The translations under genes and the position numbers were made by a program. This document shows, one piece after another, positions 35,589 through 43,525 of a stretch of DNA of 64,000 bases; the first letter of the stretch is position 1, and the number at the start of each line of letters is the position of its first letter. The notes below the pieces were generated by a model. The model made no database searches. It was not told the DNA's origin and saw only the letters and a program-made list of their open reading frames with translations. The stretch covers positions 62,001-126,000 of the IMG/VR virus record IMGVR_UViG_3300011934_000017; one strand, written 5' to 3'.

Positions 35589-35589
35589 A

Positions 35590-37308
35590 TTATGCACCTT
35601 TTACAGAATCGATAGCTTTCTGAATCTTAGCGGGAGGACGAATACCTAGGTTCGTATAGAACTCTGCTAAGATTTCAGGACTAATATAGTTTCCGATCGC
35701 CGTGCTTGTTGTGACTTTTTCTCCGCTGGTATGACCAAGCTCATTACCTACATCCATAATCTGTTCTTCTACCCACTGGTTTACCTCTCGCTCAGTCCAA
35801 TCTCCGCCTTTCTTGAACGGACTCTTCTTCAGAATGTCTGCGACCATCTTAGTAGCTTTAGATGTTCTGAATTTATGAACAGTGAAGTCGGGATGACCAC
35901 CAAGCGTTCTAAGATACTTAGTGACTAGCGTACTCGTAGGTGTCTTTTGGACACCGCCTTGACCTTTCACCAAAAATATACTATCAGTAGCTTTTTTACC
36001 TTTCATGTACCGCTTAAGGTTCTTAACCAGCAGCTTTAATGCAGGGGAGCTATTATAATGAATAACGTGGTGTTGTTGGGCACCTGTATTACTGGACTGA
36101 GACTTACCTTTGTATTTAACGATGACCTTGGTTTCGTCTATCTTGACGTGACGAACTTGAAGCTGGGTAGTGGCGTAGGTGGTTTCACCTTTTGACGCGG
36201 TACCTGGGTTACCTGGACGTGCAGAAGTAGTGTATATAAACTCCAGGATAGTAGCAAGCTTTCCATTCAATGTGTCCGGCTGCTTCATATCCAAGCGCCA
36301 TTTACGCGCCATTGCAGGTAGCTTGGGCATAGTTGCAGTAACGGCGGCAAACTTTTTATTTTTGGAAGCTGCACGATAATCTTCGGTATAAGCTTTAGAA
36401 GAATCTGTTGCACCGAAAGGAGTGAATCGGCAGACATACGTGTTATCTAGTTTCGGGTCGTACTCTGGGTTCATACGAACTTCACCGGAAGGTGCCGTTA
36501 GAAGTTTCTTGCCTTTGGTTGTATAGAACTTGCCCGCGTCATCTATCATACCGATAAAATCTTTAGGCAAAGTGTTAGGGATGCCTTCATCTTTTAAAGC
36601 TTGAACAACTTCTCCAACAGGTAAGTACGGCTTACCGCTGCTGCGGACCAAAGATTTCAAACGAGTCTTCATTGTGTTTCGAAGCGTTGTTTGCAGCTTC
36701 AAGTATCGAACATGGTCGTCCAGTTTCTTACCTTTAACCTTAGCTATTTTTTGCCACTGTTGAAGAGTGTCTAGCGGAAGTGTTAGACCCGGAGTACCTG
36801 CATACTTCTCTACTAGAGTTTCTAACTCAGAAGTCTCGCCCGAAATGTCATCATGCTCTTCGATAAACATTTCATTAACATCTGGATCTTGAAAGCGTGT
36901 CACAACCTTAGAAAGCCTAGACGACGCAGCACCACTTCCCTTCGTTTGTATGAGGCGCAAATCATTAAGAAGAGCAAGGTCTTCTTTAGTTAGATCCAGC
37001 TCTTCCTTTAGATCAGGTGTCTTACTTTTTAAATCCATAACAACGTCGGTTATAGATTGCTCAAAGTCTTCATCTTCGTTAGGATCCGCACCAGCGACTA
37101 ACTGCTTATGCGCTTTTGTAAGCAGGGTTTTCTTGAGCTTAAAGCGCTTTACGAACGGTTCCATTCGAGCCATCCAGAGATTTACCTTGCGCATATAAGA
37201 AGGTTTATACTCAAACTCCTTAGACATTACAAGAGACATTATAACTTTCATATAAGCCTCAGCACTGTCCTTTTCTACTGCACTAAGTGAAACGAAACCT
37301 CGAAGCAT
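35590..37308 (-). CDS. Type IB DNA topoisomerase with N-terminal extension
   Basis: Catalytic pentad in order: SARPGN (R), YKGK (K), HKFRT (R), LGHT (H), AIGNYI (Y). Confidence 0.85.
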   Translation of the reverse strand: MLRGFVSLSAVEKDSAEAYMKVIMSLVMSKEFEYKPSYMRKVNLWMARMEPFVKRFKLKKTLLTKAHKQLVAGADPNEDEDFEQSITDVVMDLKSKTPDLKEELDLTKEDLALLNDLRLIQTKGSGAASSRLSKVVTRFQDPDVNEMFIEEHDDISGETSELETLVEKYAGTPGLTLPLDTLQQWQKIAKVKGKKLDDHVRYLKLQTTLRNTMKTRLKSLVRSSGKPYLPVGEVVQALKDEGIPNTLPKDFIGMIDDAGKFYTTKGKKLLTAPSGEVRMNPEYDPKLDNTYVCRFTPFGATDSSKAYTEDYRAASKNKKFAAVTATMPKLPAMARKWRLDMKQPDTLNGKLATILEFIYTTSARPGNPGTASKGETTYATTQLQVRHVKIDETKVIVKYKGKSQSSNTGAQQHHVIHYNSSPALKLLVKNLKRYMKGKKATDSIFLVKGQGGVQKTPTSTLVTKYLRTLGGHPDFTVHKFRTSKATKMVADILKKSPFKKGGDWTEREVNQWVEEQIMDVGNELGHTSGEKVTTSTAIGNYISPEILAEFYTNLGIRPPAKIQKAIDSVKGA

Positions 37309-37318
37309 TTTAATTCTC

Positions 37319-37747
37319 CTACAAGAACAATCGGTTGAATTTATTTAGGTATAAAAAGTTTTTGTGCTCAGAACGAGGCACTGGATATCCAATGTAGCGC
37401 ACAGTAGGCGTCCATTGTATTCCAGCAGTAGGCTCTACAACTTGATCGTTCTGCACACAAAAAGAATGAGTGATAATGCGAGGATCGGGATCCCACTCGT
37501 CAGGTACAATAAGATACCCAACGTACACAGGAAGATCGTTCTCTTCAGCAAAAGCTACAGCATTATCATGAGGTGTGGTTCTTGAAAGCGCCCCTATGTT
37601 CTTTCCTTTAGGAATTGATTGTAATGTCCGAAGACGCATCAGTATATCTGGCATATACATGTACTTTCGAGACAGCTTTTGAATAATCAATTCGGGCAAA
37701 GGATTAACATTGGTTTTAGGCGACATTCTGGATATTGATATAAACAT
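37319..37747 (-). CDS. Papain/transglutaminase-like fold protein, catalytic Cys apparently replaced
   Basis: PHDNA...VYVGY...ITHSFC....VVEPT resembles the C-x-x-NA...GY...HxW...DxT pattern. Confidence 0.4.
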   Translation of the reverse strand: MFISISRMSPKTNVNPLPELIIQKLSRKYMYMPDILMRLRTLQSIPKGKNIGALSRTTPHDNAVAFAEENDLPVYVGYLIVPDEWDPDPRIITHSFCVQNDQVVEPTAGIQWTPTVRYIGYPVPRSEHKNFLYLNKFNRLFL

Positions 37748-37755
37748 TACGAATC

Positions 37756-38325
37756 CTATATGTCTTGAAGCCCTAGAAGTCTCGCAGCGTGGAAAGGACG
37801 ATCTTCTAAAGAAATGTTGTAAGGAAGAACAGGAGCACCTAACATAATTCCCATGCTGGACATTGTGTTTTCTAGCAGGCGCATGTGCTGTGCGTCTTTA
37901 CGTCCCTTATAAGGCTCGTCTTTATGTTCCAGATTAGCGTGGGACTGAACAACCAACACCTTATCAAACCTATCTACCAGACTTTTGGCGTTTTGCATAT
38001 ATTCGACAAAAGCCTGATGATCATGGTCACCACGTTCTACAACTGTTGTCATAGTATAACCAATCAGGTCTATTGTGGTTCGATCAAATATCGTGCTCTG
38101 TTGACGGCCTAAACAAAGGTCTAGCGCTTCGTGCATTTTATGAAGTGCTGTATTCTGCACGGCAATACGTTGATTCCAAGGTAGAATCTGATCAGGCAAT
38201 AGACCGTGATGTTCGAAGCTGGCGCGAATAACAGAGGGTTGAAAGTATAGATCGTACTTTTCAGCCAAGGTCATGGCTAAATAGGTTTTACCGCAACGAT
38301 GTACTCCTGAAAGACCGTAAATCAT
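37756..38325 (-). CDS. Nucleotide (dNMP) kinase-like P-loop protein
   Basis: GLSGVHRCGKT Walker A; IFDRTTID motif. Confidence 0.7.
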   Translation of the reverse strand: MIYGLSGVHRCGKTYLAMTLAEKYDLYFQPSVIRASFEHHGLLPDQILPWNQRIAVQNTALHKMHEALDLCLGRQQSTIFDRTTIDLIGYTMTTVVERGDHDHQAFVEYMQNAKSLVDRFDKVLVVQSHANLEHKDEPYKGRKDAQHMRLLENTMSSMGIMLGAPVLPYNISLEDRPFHAARLLGLQDI

Positions 38326-38816
38326 TTTTGTTCCTTATCTATGTATAGACGTTTGCGACGCTTATGTATACGCTTAGACTCTCCTCCACGCCAAGCCATG
38401 CGTAGTATAAGGGCTTGGACAATAGTAGGGTCAACTTCTTTACGCTTTGCGTTCAAAGCTACCTTGATATATCCACTTCTTTCGCAGAGAATCATAACGC
38501 CGACGCCGTGCTCTTTTAACTCGGCACGCACCTTCTTTTGGAACTTGGGTTTGCTCCAAAGCGCTTCAGTGAACACCATATAAAGACGATTGGTGTAAGG
38601 CAAATAGGTCTTCCACTTGTTGTCAGCATTATAGTCTGCAACACAGCTTTTGACTTCGCAGCCTATAAGATCGCCTTTTGTATTCAAGGCAAGTATATCA
38701 AGGCGTTTCTTTCCCCAGCTTTCAACTCCAAGCTCTATATGGCAGGAGTAGCGCTTATGACTCAGGTAGTACACGGCAGCCTTCGTCAGGACGCTGGTTG
38801 TGTGTTTTCTCGACAT
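38322..38816 (-). CDS. mmcB: MmcB-family DNA repair endonuclease (start adjusted to MSRKH at 38816)
   Basis: RLDILAL..KG.LIGCEVKS...DY.AD.KW..YLPY.NRLY. Confidence 0.8.
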   Translation of the reverse strand: MSRKHTTSVLTKAAVYYLSHKRYSCHIELGVESWGKKRLDILALNTKGDLIGCEVKSCVADYNADNKWKTYLPYTNRLYMVFTEALWSKPKFQKKVRAELKEHGVGVMILCERSGYIKVALNAKRKEVDPTIVQALILRMAWRGGESKRIHKRRKRLYIDKEQK

Positions 38817-38874
38817 AACTTTTCCACGCTGAAACAATAACATAAATTATATCGAATTTTGAGGCTGGAGACCG

Positions 38875-38908
38875 AAAAAAGGGCTAGAGTCGAATGACCC
38901 CAGCCCTT
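38875..38908 (-). terminator. Rho-independent terminator
   Basis: Minus strand AAGGGCTGGGGTCA-TTC-GACTCTAGCCC-TTTTTT downstream of 38927..39256. Confidence 0.75.
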
Positions 38909-38926
38909 GAGTATAAAGCTTCTGCG

Positions 38927-39256
38927 TTATTTACCCAATGAGGTTCTACGTGCAACCTTTTCAGCCATACGCTTTTTACGCGGAGCTTCGGAAGCTTCTT
39001 GGCCAATGTCTGCCAGCTTGTCGTTGATATCGTCCACAGCATCACTCAGTTTTCGATATTCAGGAAGCAATTTTCTAATCGCTGCCTTATCTCCTTTATC
39101 TTCGGCTCTATCCATTTTAAGCTTAATGCCGTTCAATTTGGACATCAAAGGCTTTTTCTTTTCTTTCAGCTTGTCAGCTTTTGGGCCTTTAGCTTTGCGC
39201 CTTAGACCAGCATAAGGATCGTCTTGGCTTTTGCTTGTAGAAATAAATACTTGCAT
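38927..39256 (-). CDS. Basic coiled-coil protein (possible DNA-associated internal head protein)
   Basis: 109 aa, very Lys/Arg-rich; begins MQVFISTS. Confidence 0.55.
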   Translation of the reverse strand: MQVFISTSKSQDDPYAGLRRKAKGPKADKLKEKKKPLMSKLNGIKLKMDRAEDKGDKAAIRKLLPEYRKLSDAVDDINDKLADIGQEASEAPRKKRMAEKVARRTSLGK

Positions 39257-39266
39257 TGTGTTTCTC

Positions 39267-39647
39267 CTAGAATTTTTTCAGATATACTGCGGAATTTTCT
39301 TTGCGTATCTGCAAAGCATCGTTAATAGTGCCACCTTGAACTAAACGAAAGCCGTTTTTCCAAAACAAGCGAACGCTAGTATCACTACTACATTGCGCTC
39401 CAATATCACGAGGATAAACGGAGAGCACTTCTTTCAGAAGCTTATCTGCTACACCCTTGTTACGCATTTCAGGGCTTACGAAAGTCTCAACCACAGAATA
39501 CTTAGCAGGAGCATACGGCGGCTTTATGGCTACCACAATTCTGCTTTTAGGGTCTTCATCGTGCTCGAATACATGACCCTTTACATTATCGAACAGGTGT
39601 ATCATTTTTGCAGGTTTGTCGGAAGCACTGGATATGAAAATTTTCAT
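39267..39647 (-). CDS. GNAT-family acetyltransferase
   Basis: FVSPEMRNKGVADKLL acetyl-CoA motif A; S..LFWKNGF motif B. Confidence 0.8.
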   Translation of the reverse strand: MKIFISSASDKPAKMIHLFDNVKGHVFEHDEDPKSRIVVAIKPPYAPAKYSVVETFVSPEMRNKGVADKLLKEVLSVYPRDIGAQCSSDTSVRLFWKNGFRLVQGGTINDALQIRKENSAVYLKKF

Positions 39648-39656
39648 ATGATTCTC

Positions 39657-40166
39657 TTATGTTTCAAACAGACCCACGCGCTCTTCTACAGGGTTCAGTT
39701 CAGGCATTATAGAAAGCAACTCTTCTTTCTTCATGTAAGGCCAATTTTTAGGCATGCGCAGTCTATTACCTTTCTTGTCCATTAAAAGCAGCATGAACCT
39801 GAAACCCTTTTTATGGCAAGCAATAGCCTTAGCGCAAGTCATACTCCAACCACGCTGCTTATTTCCATGGAGTCCTAACGTGTGTGTAGACTTTACTTCT
39901 ACCACGAGACGTTTTGAAATTACAAATAGGTCTGGATAGTAAGTACGCATTTTCTTCCGGTACTTATAACGAATGTTCAATGCGTTTCCAAACTCTTCTT
40001 CACATCGAATATCAGAAGCTTCAAGTCCCAGTTCGTCCGTTAAGTAGCGTATGGCTTGCGGCTCATAGCCTTGAACCTTTACGTGTCTGTCACCTATTGT
40101 GGTTTCATACTGTCTAAACTTTTTTGTCTTTCTTCGCCGTCGCTTATGTTTGTGTGCGGAAAGCAT
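39657..40166 (-). CDS. PD-(D/E)XK endonuclease-like protein
   Basis: VQGYEP...RTYYPDLF.....VVEVKS. Confidence 0.7.
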   Translation of the reverse strand: MLSAHKHKRRRRKTKKFRQYETTIGDRHVKVQGYEPQAIRYLTDELGLEASDIRCEEEFGNALNIRYKYRKKMRTYYPDLFVISKRLVVEVKSTHTLGLHGNKQRGWSMTCAKAIACHKKGFRFMLLLMDKKGNRLRMPKNWPYMKKEELLSIMPELNPVEERVGLFET

Positions 40167-40173
40167 GGTACAC

Positions 40174-40419
40174 CTATAGATCGAGAGAAATCTGGACCAT
40201 GTGAGAAGATGATTCGGAAGCAGTTTCGTATCCTGACATTCGCTTCCAAATTCCCATCACATAGGCATAAAACTCGTTAGAGTCTAGCTCAAGTCCTTTT
40301 TTCTCCGCTATAGTCTTAGCGCGTTCCCAAAGAGCTTCTAGCTCTTCAAAAGCCTCTTCCTCTTCGATATCGTGGCGTTCAGCGTAGGTTTTGGCAAAAG
40401 AACGAATAACGGCAGGCAT
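40174..40419 (-). CDS. Small conserved-type phage protein (ChaB-like helical pattern)
   Basis: MP..I.SFA...E.LWERAK......FYAYVMGIWKRM. Confidence 0.5.
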   Translation of the reverse strand: MPAVIRSFAKTYAERHDIEEEEAFEELEALWERAKTIAEKKGLELDSNEFYAYVMGIWKRMSGYETASESSSHMVQISLDL

Positions 40420-40472
40420 AAGTAAACTCCTAAAGTGCTCTTAGGGTAAATTATATGCCTACCGTCGAATAT

Positions 40473-40949
40473 TCAAACAGTTTCTTCTAGCTTATCTAGC
40501 ATAGGAGATAGCGCAGAAGGCAGTTTCTTTCGTGCTTTTTCAATAGTGAACCACTTTCGTTGGCGTCGTTCGGCTTCTGGCCATTCTGTCAGTCGTTCTT
40601 TTACTTCCATTGCATACACATCAACTTTCTGCGGACGACCTGTAGCACCCTTGATATAAGCATACTTTCCAAGCTTCTTTTTAGCTTTGCCTAGAAGACC
40701 TGCCTCTTCGTATGCTTCTGTCTCAGCAGACTTGCGCTTGGTCATATCGGGCTCTACGCCGCCTTTGGGAAGTCCCCACTTTTCAGAGTGGGAGCTGGAG
40801 ACCAGTAGAACTTGAAGCTCTCCATGTTTGTTGAAACGATAGGGAATAACGCCCGATTGCTTGCGAGGCTTTCGAGACGCATTCTTTCTTCGAATCTTTT
40901 TAGGCAGTTTTTGAGTAGGCCCTGATGCTAATGAAACAGTGATTTCCAT
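40473..40949 (-). CDS. Nudix hydrolase
   Basis: WGLPKGGVEPDMTKRKSAETEAYEEAGL Nudix box; W.E...RQRKWF as in diadenosine/diphosphoinositol polyphosphate hydrolases. Confidence 0.9.
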   Translation of the reverse strand: MEITVSLASGPTQKLPKKIRRKNASRKPRKQSGVIPYRFNKHGELQVLLVSSSHSEKWGLPKGGVEPDMTKRKSAETEAYEEAGLLGKAKKKLGKYAYIKGATGRPQKVDVYAMEVKERLTEWPEAERRQRKWFTIEKARKKLPSALSPMLDKLEETV

Positions 40950-40959
40950 CGTATTATCC

Positions 40960-41457
40960 TCACCAGTTTTGAACTACACTTGCTACAGCGTAGCGTGGTT
41001 TACCGGGTCGTTTGAAAAATTCGTGATTACCGATCTTGCCTAAAAATTCGTATTCAAAATACCAATCTGGCAGCAAATGATCTGGAATGACGCTTGGGTT
41101 TAAGTAATGAGTAGCGCCTTTGACAGGCGAGTCTGGTAGACCGTCGTAAAGGAAGCTATAGACTATTCGCGCTACTGCAAGCTCCTCTTCCTCTGAAGGG
41201 TCCCCAATAGGATGACCTTCAATAGTCCAAGAAAACTGATAGGGCTGGTATATCACTTTAGACACACCTTCAGGAAAGTCTGTTCTTAGCGATCTTTCGT
41301 GAACAACTTCAAGAACAGCCAGTTGGCCCAAAAGAGGTTCACCACGCGCCTCATGTAATACGTTTTCGATCAGGTTAGCGTGTGAAGGATATTGCATATC
41401 GGAATTATGAAGATCAACAACAACCGCCATAGGAAGTAGCAAGGATTCGAGTAACAT
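40960..41457 (-). CDS. Cell-wall hydrolase (SleB/Hydrolase_2 family)
   Basis: HEARGEP..GQLAV..V...R...FP..V..VIYQPYQFSW; GATHY.NP; IGNH.F. Confidence 0.9.
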   Translation of the reverse strand: MLLESLLLPMAVVVDLHNSDMQYPSHANLIENVLHEARGEPLLGQLAVLEVVHERSLRTDFPEGVSKVIYQPYQFSWTIEGHPIGDPSEEEELAVARIVYSFLYDGLPDSPVKGATHYLNPSVIPDHLLPDWYFEYEFLGKIGNHEFFKRPGKPRYAVASVVQNW

Positions 41458-41542
41458 AAAAGCTCCTAGATAAAATGTGCAAACTTTTCAAGTTTAACAA
41501 AGTGCGTAACCACTTTTCTGAATACATCAGGGTTACTCTTTC

Positions 41543-41551
41543 ATTATATCA
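41543..41551 (-). promoter_or_regulatory. Possible host sigma70 extended -10 promoter
   Basis: Minus strand TGATATAAT in the intergenic gap upstream of the cell-wall hydrolase. Confidence 0.35.
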
Positions 41552-41568
41552 TAGGTAGCTTTTAAAAT

Positions 41569-43086
41569 CTAGTCCCAGCGCTTGTGTAGCGCTTCTATCA
41601 GTCCCTTCTCTATTGCCTTGTCCGTCATAACAATAATATCGCCGAACGCTTCCAAGCATAGGTCCACATATCTTTGGTACTCGATACGGCCTTCGTAGGC
41701 GTTCTTATCATAACCTTTCGATAACCACTGGATAGCCTCTTCGCCGTCCAATTTGCGTAAAAGCATTTCCTTACGCAACATCTTAAAGTGGTCGCTTTTG
41801 AGTAAGTGACGATCTTCAATAGAGGCCCACTTTTTCTCAGCAGCCTGATACTCTGCCTGTGAAAGCTTATCCCGCGCTATGTCCAAAGCGCGAAGCATGG
41901 CATTACCATCAGCGTGTCCAGAAATGCGGGCAAAAGACAAAATACCGTGCATAAACCGGTTCAGATTCTGATCTATGATGACTGTGGCTGCATCTATAGC
42001 TCCTTTAATTTCAGGGCGAATATCCCCACGCACTGGAGTCAAGTCGCCTTCGTCCTTAATCGTCATGTTTTTAACAAGGGATTCTACATGCCTTTTAGGG
42101 AACAGTAAAAGACGCCGATTTTTGCTAATAGCGTTTCGGGCAGTCAGTTTAAGTCCTTCGAACGCATAAGAGCTGGTTGTAGTGCCATACTTGTAGCTTA
42201 TGAAAGACATTTTTACGTCTATACGATAGCGAAGTTCTTCCAAAAGATCAGGAATATTTTTCTTGAAATCTTTGGACGAATGGAGAACCAAATACTTATC
42301 ACCTTCAAGTTCCAATAACATTGTAGGTTCGGGACTAGCTAAGGTCGCTTCTGTTAGATCGTACTCCTTAGTGTCAATCTTATACCCGTGCTTATTGAGC
42401 CGGTGCATATCTTCCAAGAACAACGGGCCGTGACCTGCTTGATTGTACAGTGCGTTTCCATCTTCGTAGAAACGCTTATAGTGAAGCAAGTGTATCATTT
42501 CATGCAATACAACTTCGCACACACGCGGAATATCGGTCAAAGCGTGTTTAGCCAGCTTCAATGTGTAGTTAAGCTGACCGCCTTTCATCTTTAACATGGC
42601 TTGTCCGGAAAACTTGGACGCTTCTGAAAGCAGAAAGCGCACTTGGGTCGGACACTCATTCTTGAAATGTAGCTTATTGAAATAGTTATAGAGCCTAGCT
42701 ATGTCCTGCTTCTTAGGCGGCATAGGAATACTGGGAAAGAATTTCTCAGGTAAACCAGCGTCAGGATTGTGAACACGTTCACCTGTCTTAACGTCTTTGC
42801 CTCCAATGCCTGCTTTCAGACTTACACCCTTAACACGTCCCGAATATCCTGTAGAAAGACGAATAATCTTTTTGACTTCTGCTTCGGTCATAGTGAAGAC
42901 AATGCTTGGATCCGCAAGAACCGCGAGCTTCAGCTTGCCTGCATAAGTACGAATGCCATACTTCATCTTAGGTGCTAAGTCTAAATCATATTTCGGATTG
43001 TGATTTTCAAACGAAAGAGTTTTCTTACCTTGATATTGGTACCACTGGTATTTATCAATGGATACAGCAGCTAATGAAGTAAACAT
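41569..43086 (-). CDS. SprT-like zinc metalloprotease with an extra N-terminal domain
   Basis: LYNYFNKLHF...VVLHEMIH...GHGPLF...M..LN SprT signature. Confidence 0.8.
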   Translation of the reverse strand: MFTSLAAVSIDKYQWYQYQGKKTLSFENHNPKYDLDLAPKMKYGIRTYAGKLKLAVLADPSIVFTMTEAEVKKIIRLSTGYSGRVKGVSLKAGIGGKDVKTGERVHNPDAGLPEKFFPSIPMPPKKQDIARLYNYFNKLHFKNECPTQVRFLLSEASKFSGQAMLKMKGGQLNYTLKLAKHALTDIPRVCEVVLHEMIHLLHYKRFYEDGNALYNQAGHGPLFLEDMHRLNKHGYKIDTKEYDLTEATLASPEPTMLLELEGDKYLVLHSSKDFKKNIPDLLEELRYRIDVKMSFISYKYGTTTSSYAFEGLKLTARNAISKNRRLLLFPKRHVESLVKNMTIKDEGDLTPVRGDIRPEIKGAIDAATVIIDQNLNRFMHGILSFARISGHADGNAMLRALDIARDKLSQAEYQAAEKKWASIEDRHLLKSDHFKMLRKEMLLRKLDGEEAIQWLSKGYDKNAYEGRIEYQRYVDLCLEAFGDIIVMTDKAIEKGLIEALHKRWD

Positions 43087-43096
43087 GGCGTACTCC

Positions 43097-43525
43097 TTAA
43101 ACGAAAATCACGTTTGCGACTCCCGCCTGAGGAGTATGAAAACTAATAGTAACAGCATTAAAATCTACGGAAAGAGTGTCGTACAAAACACCTTCAAAAT
43201 TTTCATCTAGGATTGTAACAACGACATTCCTACTGTTCTTGTCATGCTCTATTACCCATTCAGAAGCAGGTTCGCCCATTACAAAAGAGACACCTTCCGC
43301 AGTACCTGTAGCACCTCCTCCAAGCTCAACAAAGTCAGCGAGACTGATTGAGGACAGTGCGCCGTCTACCATAGCGAGCATCTGTCCGTCTTCCAGTACA
43401 AGACCTGATAACTGTCTAGGTCCCGCACCGCGTCTCACTATGACAGATTCTTTTGGAGCATCCTCTTCTAAATAAGGACGTTTGGGAAGCTCTAGTTGTA
43501 TAAACGACTCAAATTGGTTTGCCAT
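43097..43525 (-). CDS. Virion protein with C-terminal EWVIEH domain
   Basis: SEWVIEHDKN...VTI.F..PQAG.A paralogous to the 4-10 kb domains. Confidence 0.65.
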   Translation of the reverse strand: MANQFESFIQLELPKRPYLEEDAPKESVIVRRGAGPRQLSGLVLEDGQMLAMVDGALSSISLADFVELGGGATGTAEGVSFVMGEPASEWVIEHDKNSRNVVVTILDENFEGVLYDTLSVDFNAVTISFHTPQAGVANVIFV

